In this document: one piece after another, positions 1-15,000 of the stretch | Layout: each line of letters opens with the position of its first letter | Position numbering within the stretch: position 1 is the first letter of the stretch | DNA from: Azolla caroliniana | Lineage: Eukaryota > Plantae > Polypodiophyta | Reading direction: 5' to 3' | DNA: 64,000 nucleotides | NCBI GenBank assembly: GCA_043228905.1 | Contig: JBHGNT010000020.1 | Coordinates: 11,594,001 to 11,658,000, forward strand | Position numbers and translations under genes: made by a program | The notes under the pieces: model-generated | Told to the model about the DNA's origin: nothing | What the model saw: only the letters and a program-made list of their open reading frames with translations | Databases searched by the model: none

Positions 1-3000
1 CAAATACAGGAGCTATTGAGAATGGTGAGCAGAAACAGTTGAATCCAGAAAATAAATTTGGTCTTGTCTGGTTAAATCCTGCAAGTTGCTGTTATGCTAT
101 CTATTCAAAGTTGAAACCCGACGAAGTCTTGCTGCAGCAATCACCTCTGACATTGGCAAAGGCATTAAAGGTTGGTTTAGTCCTTCACACTATTCAGATA
201 TGTTGCAATAACTTTTTCTTCCATGCTTTTATGCAAATACTTCTGTTTAAATGGGTATGTCTAAATCTCATTGTGAATTTACTATTCATATTTAGTGATA
301 CAAAATAACATCTTTCGTAGTCCGTTTTAAATTTGAGATCATGTGGTCTTCAAATATTTGTTAAACTCAGTGGGGTTGCTCAAAAGGTTTTGTAATAGGT
401 GTGTAGCACATTTGCAAAAATTCTAGCCCAGTAAATATTTGTTAAAGCACTGTAATCTAGTTGCCAATTATGATCATAATATCTAAAAGCATGCAATCCT
501 AGCAATACGGTAGGAAGTATAACATCTTGTTTTAAAAATCTGAGAATGATCTTATTTTTACAGCATCCTGTGGAGCTTGAAGGTTTTCGAAAGTGCCATA
601 TACGAGATGGTGCTGCTGTGGTTTCCTATCTTACATGGTTGGATGCAAAGGTGATTCACTTGTTATTCAGTGTCATGGTGTTAGAAAGCAGCTTGTGTTG
701 AATGGCCTTGCAATATGTTATGATGATAAGCCTTATATGCTTGGATGAGATCAAGACATATTTACAGTGTGGAAGTGTAATACTGCATCCGTTGTGTGAA
801 GCAGCAAACTTCAGGCATTTATGCATGTGAAAAGCAGTACATTTTGTTTATTCGTTTGAATGATCAGGTACTCAAGAATGGTTATATAAAACAAAAATTT
901 CTCTTTATCACAAAGTCCTGAACAGTGAGGCTTCATGATTATTAGGAGCATTCATGCTATCTCAGGGATGAAGGAAAGAAAGAAAGAAAGAAAAAAAGAA
1001 ATATTAACGCCGTTTAAGAGGCCAGAAAGGCCTATAAGACCAAACAAGAGATCTAAGTGTTGTCTCATCTTTGAGAAGAACAAACCAAAAGATTTATTTC
1101 TGAATTAGTATAATTGCTTATATATGTTCATATTGAAATTATTAGTGCATCTGAAAAGAATAACGTTTTAGATCTTTGGTTGAATGATCAGATGCAGGAA
1201 ATATATGGAGCTCCAGGTTACTTCTTGGACAATAAGAGCTCAAACAAAAAAAGACGCTTGTAAGATAATTCATGCATATAAAATTACAGTTATGGATTTT
1301 CTCATATTTTGCTGGCTTAGATCGTATGGCATATCTGCATTGTAGTGTATGTTGAATAGTCTATCGCTGAGGTTTGTTGATGTCATACATCTTCATAGAT
1401 TCTTGAAAAACAGAAGTTTTAGGACATAATATTTATTCTTGTGGTTAACTCTTTTAAGAATTACCTTTCCTAAATGAGTTCCACTTTATTCCTTAGCATA
1501 TCTGAACTTTGTTCTGAGTACTGAAACTGTTAGAAATATTGAGAATCGATTAGATAGGTCTATAGAGTTACAACCACAGAGATGGATATATGAAAACAAA
1601 ACTTCTATTACATATGAGAGTAGCTCACAATGGTAGTTCACCCATGCGCTCACACCTTAGAGCTTAGATGGGATCTGAACCAGCTCACTACAAAATTAGT
1701 GGGGACTGATGATCAATCCAACCACTGTGTAAGAAAGTGGATTATATTCTATGTTTGGTCTGAGCATAACATTAAATGTGCAAGTCAGTTGATAATAGTG
1801 GAGATATTCCTTTTCTGTCAACTGACTTGTCATTTAATATGACCCAATTCCCTAGATACAGGCTAGTGCTAGATAGTACTTATCTTGAAGTCAATGGCAC
1901 ATACTTCAAGACCAAGTACATTGTAACTTGCCCACAAAATATTCTAGTTGACTTGATTAGCCAATCCTATTACCTATTTCTCTCTTTCCTAAATCCATTA
2001 TGTCCTACGCATCTACTGTTTCCTAGATTAACACCTTATCGACCCATATGGTCGAGTTGCACACTAGCCGCTCCTCATTTGGGGTGCTATCACAAAATGT
2101 GCACTCTAAGAGTGCATATGGGGATATATTTACAACTTGGGGCTGATCATTGATTATATCTAACAAAACAGCATAATTGGAGAATCATTGTGTAGTTTAA
2201 TTTTCCATGGAAAATCTAGAACAAAGTTAGCATGTCATGCACATCCACAGTATTGTGAAGTATATGCTGGATGTTAACTTTTGGGTGAAAATAGAGAATG
2301 CACAAAATATCAACAACACAGAAGCAATGGATATTCTATTGGGAGAGCGCCAAAGCGCTATTACAATGGAGGGTAATAGAATGAGAGATCTATGTTCACA
2401 TGCTCCTAAGCAGAAAAGATGCAGATATAACGTAGTGACTTCCAGTGAAGAACCATAGCACTCTCACCAATGTTCCTAGTTTTAATGGTTAAACTATCAT
2501 CTGCATTTATTCTGTAGTAAATGCTGATTTATTTTACTTTGTCTTCTTAATATCTTTCATTGATATATACAGTGTGGATGTTTTTGGCAGAGAATCTGAG
2601 AAGCTAACTGAAGTTACTGTCAGTGACAAGTTGGAAGAATTTCGGTCAAAGCAAGGGGTCAGTATGCACTAAAGTTTCCTATGTGTTTTTTTTATAGATA
2701 AGACAGTATCATTATAAAAAGGGCTTAACCTCTATACCAAGCAACTCAGGGGCCGACTATTATATAACTAGCTGTCCTGGCTGTTGTCTCTATATGATGA
2801 GGTAGTCCCCTTGGGAACTAGAAAGCCGTACAAAGAGGATGGCATAGAGCCAGTAGTGGTCCGTATGACTACTGGATGAGTTTAAGAAAGTGCTTAAGAA
2901 AGCTTTTCTTATTTTATTCTGTCTAAATCTTGTTTGTCATCTGTACGTTCTGCCTAAGAGTCTAGATAATCTCTGTCATAATGCAAATGCAAATCCCCTA

Positions 3001-6000
3001 AATAGTGCTTCTCTGCTGCTCTATGGCCATCCCGCATCTGGAGATTCATAGGTACATTGTGGTGAGGTTGCATTGGTCTCTTACCTTGATCAGGTAAGCA
3101 ATATGTCATCCTGTCCATGAGCAATCATTTGGCTCTAATAACTGTGCCACCTATCAGCGAAGAGTAATGTTCCCATGTTACCTGTGTGTAGGCCATGAAA
3201 AGATTCAAGCATATCCTGCATATAATTAAGAAGGGGCTCATCCGATGATGTATAAGATAAGGAAATTTGTGTATATCTATATCATCTCCCTAACATAAAC
3301 CTGCCAGTATATCTAACCAAGGTTAGCACAATTGGAGTGAAACACTATCACAATCTGTTTGGACTTTTTATAGATGAGGTATCTAATCACATAGATTCGG
3401 TCGTTTAAGGTGCTGATTGGCATTACTACTATATGCTGATAACATTTTATTGATCTGAGTCTCTGGAGGACTACAAAGGCATCTAGCTGATGTAAAGTCA
3501 TTTTGTATCAGAAAATATTTGTCACTAAGTCTTAGAACTAAATTTGTTTAGCTAAACTAAAGCATAGGTAAGGAGACCAGAACCAGAATTCTTCTTGGGA
3601 GAGGAAAAGGTGGCATATATGTGATCCTATACACACCTTGGAGTAATATTCATAGATCTTAAAAATTCTCCCTAAGGTAGGCTGTCTTTGCTTGATTTTC
3701 TTATGGATATGCAGCCCTTGATGCCCTTAAAGACAATATGCACACACACAGTTCCAAGAACCAAAAACTAAACTGTGGTGGTTTGGTGCACTTGTAACAC
3801 CAACTCTTATCTATGGCATAGAAACTTGGGGATGAAGCCTTCACAGGTGATATAACTGGACAAAATTTGGCGAGACCTTTAGTCTCGATGATTGCTCACA
3901 TGCTAAGGAGCAAAGCCTGGGTGCCCCATTAAATTAGATTAAATTGCATATTTTTTAGTGTCCATAGAGAGGCTAATATTGACCCATGGGACCCGAGCAC
4001 AAAGTCTCGATGTGTGAATAAGGCATACACATTTGAGCTCAAAACAGTCTTTAGTGTGACATGCAAATCATGACCACCTTTTAATATATCATCATAGCTT
4101 TCACGAATTGCACTATATGTAGAGGGTTTAAAAACCATGTGATACTCATCCTATACTAGCCCATCCCTGCATACCTTACATGCCTTTATATTTGTCTAGT
4201 TTTCCATAATGCAACTTCAATACCTATGCTGTGTGATCGAGTTTGAAGGAGTGTTAGGGCTCTACAAGAGTTAATACTCATGTTAGTAATGAGATAAGGT
4301 TGAATACGATCAATAGGCCTTCTTGCCTTATATAGAATCCAACATTCAGGATTGATGTTTGCAATATAATATTCTAAATTTGTCCTTTTAACAACTTCCC
4401 AATTCTTCTTTAGTGGTTCCATTAATCTTTCCTCAATAACTACATATTTCATACTTGAAAGCTCTAAGAGATCTTCCATATCCCATCTTTGGAACCCTTT
4501 TTTTATGTTAACAACCAAACCAGATGAGAGAATTTTGCTCTTCTAATTCTTTTGTAGTTTACATCTAGCATTCCAAGCAATGGTAATCTATGATTAGGCA
4601 TATTCTTACTTTTATAATACATCTATGTACTCTCCATAGCGCCGATATCTCTATAGGTCGAACACCTATTTCCAACGGCATAACTTGATAGGAGGTGGTG
4701 GATTTACCTCCCAATTGTCTCCTTAAAAACATATTTTGAATCTTTTCAATCTCATTCCATACATTAAGAGAGATAGTGCGTCCCCACACTTGTGCTCCAT
4801 AAAGCAAAACTTGTGTTACCATGGCATTAGTTTCAGTTCCCCATCCATGAGTATCACTCTTGTTGCAGTAATTTTCCAACATATAAAAACTTTTCCAACC
4901 AGCTTGAACTCTAGACTCAAAGAATACACTCCATTTATTTGTGGCGGATACATCGATACCAAGATACTTGAAGCTTTTCACTAATTGTACATGTTCTCTC
5001 TTGTATGTAAGCATAGGGTATTGGTGAGGTTGGATGGTTCATATTACCATCATTTTTGTTTTATCCTTAGTTTGGCAAAATGCTTCTAATGTTCCAAGGA
5101 AACGTTGCATGCCTTCAACATCATATGAAAAAATAACCACATCATGATATATTCTGGGGGTAGATGGGACCTATCCCTATACTTTGAACAAGACACTATT
5201 CCAATCAGTGATTGGTATCCAACAGATTTCGTAGCTAAGCTGGCTGAACATTGAAATAATCAAGGACATTATCATCCAACATTAATGATTATTCCCTCAC
5301 TTTGGAGACCACTGCATCTTGGATTGACCAATTTTTGAGATTTTTCGAATGCAGAAGTTTCAGTCTGTCTAGAATGCTAAGTGTTTAGCTAATGTGTTTG
5401 TATTCCTAATGTGTTTAGTACAGAAGATTAATTGCTGTTGTACATTTTTTTGTCAACTGAGATATGCTGCCTCTAGCACATACTCTCAGTCTCCTGATTC
5501 TTGTTCTTACTCGAAGCAATGGCGCTAGTATGTGAATAAAACTTTTCACACCAATGCGATGATGTAAACCCTCTTGAGCACTTGTCATTATTTTTCATTG
5601 TTTCTACCATGCTTGGCCTGAAGGCAGCACGAGGATTAGGGTTTAGGTAAAAAACAGAGAGGGAGAGAGTCTGAGTGAGAGACAAAGGGAGAAACAAGAA
5701 AGAAAGATATATTAACGTCTTTTAAGAGGCCAAAATGGTCTATAAGACCAAATAAGAGATTACATCTTAAGTGTTTTCTCATCTTTGAGAACAAATCAAA
5801 ATAAAGTAAATATTACACAGTAAATATAAAAGTAAATAAGATGAAAAGAAAAGAGACCAGAGAATCTGGTTTTTGGCACATGTGAGATTCTCAAGTTAGG
5901 TATATTGTAGCTTTTGTCTTCGAAAGATCTCTATCATAGGTCGATCCAAAAAGGAAATGTCTTTGAAGCGAGGGAAGCACCTACGATGGCGGGAAATAAT

Positions 6001-9000
6001 GGCTTTTATCTGTCGATGACAAGGGTGTCGAGGTCGTGGTCCATGGTGTGAGAAAAGCTGTTAATAGCAGCAGCGGAAGAGTTAGAACAAAATAGACACA
6101 GCCAAGCTGTGAGAAGGCTGTTAGACAGCAGTAGAAAAATGGTTGCAAAGAGTAGAGACACAGCCAAATAATAGAGCTTGTTTTTAAGTAGCAACCAAAA
6201 TAAAAAAGTCTTTACAAAAGAGGCTGGTATAGCCTATTTATACAAAATTGGGGAAAGTGGGTGAAATGGTTGTTTGGTAGTAAAGTGGCTGTTGTACTAC
6301 CAAACAGGTACAAAAAACTAGGAATAAAAGGGAATATCTTGGAAAAAGTAAAAGAGAAAAAAAAGCATTTAAAGCATTACAAATTCTAGAGAGAGAAGGC
6401 ATTAAAGGAGTTGCATTCTAGAGAGGGAAGAATCTGGGAAGGGAGAGAATATAGTACAAAGATAATAAAGATGAAAGAGAGTGCAGGGCTGGAGCTGCCA
6501 CCCTCCAACACATGGGGCCGGGGCCTATGTGCACGGCAAATTGCCATTGCCCGATCAATTGTAACCCCTTTGTTATATCCTGGTCTGGATCCCATTTCTG
6601 TATCCTGGGGTTGACTTCTAGCATTAAGAGTGATGGAGCTAAAGAAAGTTGTGATTGTTCTTTGTGGATAAGCTTGTGTGGCTGTATTCTTCAACAACTT
6701 TTCCCGATGTCTCTTGAGCTCGAGCAAGAAAAGTCCTAGGCATTGTTGGTCCCCATATTCCATTACCTTGCGTAGTGGGCCAAAGCCTTGTTTAAACAGG
6801 CAATGGTATCTCCCTTTGATTTCATAAAAGACACTATACAATGACAAACATAGTGTTTTCAGATTCCACTCCTTGATGACACAATTGGCAAATTCTCTTT
6901 TCTAGAGGTAGTCGTGTATATCTGCCTACCTCAATCTGTAGCTGATGTGATGAAGTTCGCAGCTGCCCTATCACACTACGCAGCGCATAGGATAGATGTA
7001 TGTCCATATAAGGTGGCCTGATGACAAATCCATCCTCCGATGTATGTAAGAAGTGTGTCTTATAGTGGGCCATCTTTGTACCACGTGGTATTTTGGGGCT
7101 GATCCATGTTATCTTGTTTTCTAAGTTAATAATATCCGTTCGGATCACTCTATTCTTTTCCACTTTGGTCATATTGAGATGGGGACAGTCCAAGCTATAT
7201 TGGAACGGGGGTAGTGCATTTATACTCATGCCATGTGACTCGAACCATTGCTGCATTTCAGCATACCAACAATGAGTGTCTCCATTTTCAGCCAGTTGTC
7301 TTGATGACATAAGTGCCAACCTTGGGTACCTTCGTTTAGGGAGCTCCCAAAGATTTTGGATAAATGTCACTGATCGGAACAATGCCTCGGTTATTATAGG
7401 TGTTGCTCCCATCTCTGCCCGGATTATATCGTGGGGCACCGATGCTTTGCTCCTTATCATGTGAGCAATCATTGACACTAAAGGTCTCTCTAAATCTTTC
7501 CAATGATTTGCCTTGTTAAGACTTGGTCCCCATATCTCTACTCCATAGAGAAGAGTTGGTGTGACAAGTGTATCAAATAACCATAGCTTAGTCCGTGGCT
7601 CTTGTAATTGCAAATGTGCACATTGTCTCTCGAGAGCACCAAGGGCTGCATATGGACGAGAAAGTCGGGCACAAGCGGCCTCTTGTAAGGAGAACCCAGG
7701 TCCTGTAAATGTTACTCCTAGGTATGTGTAGGAGCGTGTGTATTCCACCTTTTCCTCTCCCAAGAAGAATTTTGGTTCTGATCTTGTTACCCATGCTTGG
7801 GTGGTGTTAAACACCATCACTTTAGTTTTATTCATGTTGATTGACAAACCTTTGTCCGTACAAAATAGTTTAAAGGCATTTAGATGTCTTTGTAGTCCCT
7901 CCGGAGAGTCAGAAATCAGCACAATATCATCAGCATATAGTAATATCTGTATAGCTATACTTGCTAGGTGTGCTCCGGAACCACCAAATCTCTCTATGTA
8001 TTGTGATACCTCATCTATATAGAGACCGAAGAGTGTGGGGGATAGTGGGCATCCTTGCTTCACGCCAATTGTGCTAGCCGCCGCTTTTGACAAGCCCTTA
8101 GGAGACCAAACTTTTCCTGACACAAATTCATAGAGTGCATAGATTCCTCATTGCATATCTATAGGAACACCAAGGGCTTCTAGCCGCTGCATAAGCCGAG
8201 CACGTGGCACAGTGTCAAAGGGTTTTCGGAAATCCACAAAGCAGCAAAAAATCCTCTTATTGTGGGCTCTGCCCTCCTCAATAAGGGCTCGGAGCGTGAA
8301 TATGTGATCCAAAGTTGTGAACCCCTTCTGAAAGCCTGCCTGTCCAATTGAACGACAACCATTTTGCTTTGCCCATATACTCAATTCTGATTCTAGAATC
8401 GAGCCATATAGTTTAGCCAAGTAATGGCCAATCATGATTGTCCTATAGATGCTTGGCATCATGGGGTCTCCACTCTTGCGGATTGGCACAATGGTATGTT
8501 GAGTCCATCTAGTAGGAAAACCTTCACACATGGTTCTATTAAAGATGTGTGCTAGCAATGGGAGCAAGGTGTCACGGGCATAGATAAAGTGTTCACCCAC
8601 CAATCCATCATGATCTTGGGCTTTCCCAAATTGTAGCCGATCAATGGCATTTCTTACATTTTGTGGTGTAAAGAAGGTTGATTCATGTGGGCGTGAGGCA
8701 TTCGGGTGGGGAAGAGGAGGTTGCCCCGGGATATCATATAGGACCTTTGCATATTCATGCCACACCTGAGGTGAGGTCAGTTGTGTGGTGGGTTGCCTCT
8801 CATTAAACATTTTCCATGCTCTTTTACTCTCTCGTCCAAGAAACAAGCGATACAAATGATCTTCAAATTTAGCCAAATACAATCTCTTCTTCTTCCTTAT
8901 GAGGCGTTGGAAGGTTGCTCTCGCTTGGTTGTGTGTATAAATGCCCCGAGTTACATCACGCTGCAAGCATCTCCTTGTATCACGACATTCCTCATCATAC

Positions 9001-12000
9001 CAACTATTTTGTATTACTCTACCGAGTTTGGGGGGATTGGCCGTTGTGTGAGGGAAGACATTTGTGGCTGCTTTATGCAATGATTTGGATAAACCTTGGG
9101 TAAGTTCTTCAAGGGGTGCAAAAGGATCCAAATCTAGCATGCCATTGTATACACCACAACTATAGAGATCAATTGTCTCGCGAGTGAATAGATACTTAGC
9201 TAGCCCACTCTCCTTAGCATATACATCCTTTGTGCATCCATCCTTTACCTCAAAGCGTAGATATGCATGATCAGCTGCCAAGCCAATAGGTCTTCTCGAT
9301 ATAGTGAACACTTTTATTTCAGGTATAAGAGATGGAGGTCCCATTAGATAATCGACTGTGCTTGCACCCCCTTTTGGGTTCCAACATGTCAAAGCATCTG
9401 ATCTAGGCCATTGTGTCAAGCCATTATATATCACAAATCCATGCGCACTTCCCAAGGCTAGAAAGTGTTTTCCATATTCAGTTATAGCATTCATATCTTG
9501 AGCTTTTCTCTTTAGACTAATCTCTTCCGCCATAACTTCTCCATAAACAACCTCGTTGGTGTTAAATATAGTTGTTTGTTCATCCTTGGTTCGTGCATTA
9601 AAATCTCTTAATAGTATTATGTCCCCCATAGTAGCAAATCTTATGATATCATCATATAGTGGTAGATATGGTGATTCACCTAGAGGTGCAAACCTTGAGT
9701 AGGCAGGTGGAAAGTAGCAAATTGCAATATATAGCTCCCTAAGATCCCCTCTTTTTATGCGTATCCACATGTAGCGTGCATCCACATCCTTATGGACAAC
9801 ATGCACTCCACCATGGAGCTCCTCTTTGTATAACATAGCCACTCCTCCCGAACCTCTAGTGCTTCCTCGTGTCCGAGGTTGGGGGCGACATATTGACTCC
9901 CATCTATATCCTTGTACCTCGGGGAGTTTGCTAGCCATGCATTGGTGAGTCTCTGTATACATAGCAATATCTGTGTTTTTCAATGTATCTTCAAAATATC
10001 CGACATCTGTCCGTAGAGAGCCATTGCAATTCCATATGGTCATGCGTAGGGTCTCATAGGCCATATATCGTCATGCGGTTCTCTTCTCTGTAATAATTAC
10101 CTTGCCGTCTCTATATATGGCCCATTTACCTTCCTTTCTTGTATCAAGCACTCGTGGCATGTTTTCTTTGCGGTGTGCCACTTGGGTTGGAGTGAGATCG
10201 TCGTCTAAGTATATCTTTTGACCCTTAAGTGCCTTTCTTTTAGAGAGGAAAGCTTTTTCTTGTCAATATCCATGAAGCGGATGATAAGGGCTTTAGCTCT
10301 AGACTCATCTCTTCCCACCCTCCACGCCGAAGCAAATGGAATATCTGATGCTCCAATCTTTGTTCCAAGATTCTTGGCATCTTCTTGTGGACTTCCCTTT
10401 TTGGCCCAACCAACCACTCGTACATGCAATGCACGAGCTTTCCTCTTGGCTTCTTCTTCTAAAGTAGCATTCATCATTGCCATCCTATCCATTGATGTTC
10501 CTTTTTGCTTTTTTACTACCTCTATCCAAGGAGCATTTGCTTTAATTTTGTTTTGGGCATGCTCAGCTTAAGCTTTGGCATCTTTGGCCATGTCTGCCCA
10601 TGTTTGCATTTCCTTCGTGACATTGGCTTTCACTGTAGAGATGCATCATTCCACTGCTTCTTGCCCTTTTTCGAAATCCACATTTATAGCTGCTAACTCA
10701 ACCTTACTTGAGGATATTTCATCCTTAAGGTATTGTGTCATGTCATTCTTGAGCTCTAAATGTGATTCCTCCACATGGCTTATTATGTCTTTCCGCATCT
10801 CTTCTAATAACTCAGCCTTGAGAGAGGCATACAATTCTGATTTCTGTTTCTCTATCTCCTTTTTCATTTATTCTTTTAGTGCTATTTCGATATCTTCTCT
10901 AATAAGATTGATCTCTTGCGCAATCAAATGGCGTAAAAAATCATGTTTCCCATTTTCGATATCAAATGGAATGTCGGATGGGGCCTGCGTTCTAGGTGCC
11001 TTGTGCACCCTTCTGACGCTATTCAGGGTGCTTCCATCCCGTCCTTTTCGTCTATGATATCTTCTTGTGGTCTTCAATGGGTCTGGACCCTCGTCATGCG
11101 TGTTAAGATCTATCTTTTTAGTGTCTGTCCCTTCAGACTCCATGGTGTCTTAGGACAGCAGGTATAGGAGATGTTGAGGGCAGAAAGAACAATATAGACT
11201 CTAGAAATTTCTACTGGGCAGAAAGCATAGAGGAACAAATTTGGCAGAAGATACAGGAAATCAGATTTGGAAGAAAACGCACAGGATCAGGCATTGCAGA
11301 AAACACAGAGGACAAACACTTCAGAAAAGACAGATAGAGCCAAAACCCTAAACGCAGAGCCTAAACCCTAAACACAGAGCCAAAACCCTAAACGTTGAGT
11401 GAGACTAAATAGAGTGGCAGAAAAAACTGATATGGCCTCATCACAAAAGGAGAGAGAGAGATGCACGCTGTCTTGGGTACAAAGAGTGTACCTCTTTTTT
11501 GGTTTTTAGATATTATGTATATACAAGTCAAAAGTGTGCTACTAGTGCGTTCACACTCGTGCACTAATAAAAGGCACGATGGCCCTTTATTCCCAACAAC
11601 CTCCCACCTAAAGGCAATGTGCTGTGAGAAGAAAAAGAAAAGAAAAAGAAAGGCAGCTAAGTCCAAGTTTGTACAAGGCTGAACTACATACATCTATCCA
11701 ACTCCCATCATCTGTCGGCAATGAGCAAATCGCTCAGCTGGAAGACCCTTCATGAGAAAATCTGCAGGATTATTATTTGTATGTACTTTGACAAGCTCAA
11801 TGTTCTTGCTGTCAAGTACATCTCTGATGAAGTGATACTTCACCTCTATGTGCTTCGTCTTTGCATGAAAGACGGGATTCCGAGCTAGCATGATAGCACT
11901 CTGGCTGTCACAATGAAGATTAGGTAACTCTGTAATGCCAAGATCTCTCACTAGATATGAAAGCCATAAAGCCTCTTTGCATGCTTCAGTGGCAGTAACA

Positions 12001-15000
12001 TACTCTGGCTCTGTAGTAGACAATGCAACACACTTCTGTAGTCTGGAGATCCAAGAGACCGCTCCTCCTATGAAAGTAAACACATACCCAGAAGTAGACT
12101 TCCTGCAGTCTGCGTGACCAGCATAGTCCGCATCCGTAAAACCAACGACAGATGCCTTTTGCTTTCCAAAGCAAATGCCCAAGTCCTTTGTGCCTTTGAG
12201 GTATCTCATAATACCTTTCACCGCTTCCCAATGCTTTTTGCCAAGATTTCCCATGTGCCTACTAACCACTCCTACTGCAAAGGCAATATCAGGGCGTGTA
12301 GCAACCATCACATATATCAAACTGCCAACGGCTGAAGCATATGGAACCTTAGCCATTTCAGCCTTCTCATCATCAGATGTAGGGCTGGCTTCTGCACTGA
12401 GTTTCAAATATGGAGGCAATGGAACCCCAATTGTTTTCCCCCCCCTCCATATTGAAACGCTGCAAAACCTTAGAGATATACTCCTGCTGAGATAGAAAGA
12501 GTACCCCTTTAGACCAGTTTCGGAGTATTCGCATGCCAAGGATGTGATTTGCATCACCAAGATCCTTCATATCAAAGCTACCATGAAGGCTTTGCTTCAA
12601 TGAATCCAAGGCATGAATATCCTTGCCAGCAATCAACATATCATCAACATACAAAACCAAGATAATCAAGCTGCCATCTCCTGCTTTCTTGGTGTACAAG
12701 CAGTGGTCCACTTGACTTCTACGAAAACCTTGAGATTGCATAAATGCATCAAATTTATGATACCATTCTTTTGGTGCTTGTTTCGACCCATACAAACTCC
12801 TTTTGAGCTTACAAACCATCTTCTCTTTGCTTTTAGCCACAAAACCTTCAGGCTGCTGCATATATATGTCTTCATGCAGATCGCCATGTAAAAAGGTGGT
12901 CGTCACATCCATCTGTATGAGCTCCATATCTTCAGCTGCAACTAAGCCCAAAATGATTTTTAATGTAGTCATCTTGACTACAGGCGAGAAGATCTCATCA
13001 AAATCAACTCCATATTCCTGCTTGTATCCTTTTGCAACCAATCTTGCTTTGTACTTTTGCGAGGAATCAGAAATGACATTCATTTTATAAACCCATTTGC
13101 ATGGAAGTGTTTTCTGCCCTTTAGGCAACTGCACCAAATCCCAAGTGTCATTTTTCTCAAGAGATTCCATCTCTGACAACATGGCTTTATACCATTTCTT
13201 ATTGTCTTGTCTGTCCACTGCTTCCTTGAAGCAAGTCGGTTCGCCACAATCAGTTACCATGACATAATCAGCCACACTGTTTGCATCAAGAACAAATCTG
13301 TCAGGCCTTCTAGTAACTCTAGATGATCTCCTAAACCAATGCTCATTGTTTGGTAGCTGTTGAGCCTGCAAATCATCATTTTCAACTTGCCGTCCAAGCA
13401 TTTCAGCCTGCCAATCAGCATTAACAGCTTGCTGTTCTAGCTGTTCCTGCACATTTGGTGGCTCATCATTATTGGCAAAGGCTGGCTGATCATTTGTTCT
13501 GCATTTGCAGGTAAGTTTACAGCAGGTGTTTGCTGCTGTACAGCGGGCACATTTTTCTGTCTAAAAGGTATTTCTTCTCACAATACAACCCTCTGTACTT
13601 CCTCGGTCTTTTCGGGTTGTTTATGCATGCGATTTTCCCGGAAGATAACATCATTGCTGCATGCTATTTTTCTTTTCTCGGGATCCCACAATCTATACCC
13701 CATTTCACCCTCGTCACCATATCCTAGGAAAATACATTTGCAGAACTTTGGCCCAAGTTTGTTGTGTTCTTCTTTACGAATGTGCACAAAAGCCTCACAG
13801 CCAAACACTCTCAAGTGAGCATATGAAGGTGGCTTACCCGACCGCACTTCTTGGGGTATTCCCCCTCCCAAAGACCTATTAGGTGACCGATTAATCAAGT
13901 GAACAGCTGGCATAACAGCCTCTGCCCAAAAACCATGGGGTAACGCAGCATGAGACAGCATAGTACGGACCTTATCTTGAATAGTTCGATTCATACGTTC
14001 TGCAACTCCATTTTGGGGTGGATTATAAGGGGCAATGAGTTCCCTCTTTATCCCTTTGCTGTCACAAAATGCTTGAAAGGCCTTGGACACATATTCCCCA
14101 CCATTGTCAGAGTGAAGACACTTAAGTGTCTTATCAATTTGATTCTCAGCTAATGCCAAGAATGTTCGAAACTTGCCGAGCACTTCATCCTTGCTACGAA
14201 TAGGGTAAACCCATACCTTCCATGTAGCATCATCGACAAAAGTGACTAAGTATTTCTTTCCCCCTAATGATAGCCCTGGCATCTGACATACATCTGAATG
14301 TACTAACTCAAGCGGGGACGACTTCAGTGAAAGAGACTTTTTATGAGATGTTTGTACATGTTTACCATACATGCAATGATCACAATGTTCAAAATCAGCA
14401 TAATGAAGACATGGCAAGCAACCCAAACGAGACAATACTTTCATACCAATTTCACTCATGTGTCCCAACCGGCCATGCCACAAAGAAACACTAGGTGCTC
14501 GGTTATGGCAACAACATGGTCACTCACACTACATACATGGAGAGGATACAAAGTATCACTTTTACTACCCTTGTCAATAATTCTAGATCCCTTACAAATC
14601 TTCCATTTCCCATCACCAAAGGTTGTGTGAAATCCATCATCATCTAGCTGTCCTGTGCTAATCAAGCTCTTCTTGAGCTGAGGTACATGCCGTACACGCT
14701 GAAGTGTGAAAGCAAAACCATGCTGAAACTGTAATTGCATAGTGCCAATACCTTCAATTTCACGTGCATAGTTGTCGCCAAGATGGACAACACCATGTCG
14801 ACCCCCTGTGTAATCTAAAAACCACTCACGACGAGGGGTGATGTGAAAAGAAGCACCGGAATCGAGTATCCAAGTGTGCATGTCACCATCTGTATCTGCA
14901 AGTAAAGGGCTTGATGAAACAAAGAGTACATCATTTCCACTATCACTATCATGAGTGACTACATTCACCTCTTCAATTTTAGTATTGCCTTTCCTCGGTT

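Larger units (their letters stand above)
5693..11442 (-). mobile_element. Near full-length RTEX-like non-LTR retrotransposon inserted in the copia 3' LTR
   Basis: TSD ACAAAGGGAGA (5682-5692) / ACAAAAGGAGA (11443-11453); (TTCT)n tail; ORF1 and ORF2 both present. Confidence 0.9.
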
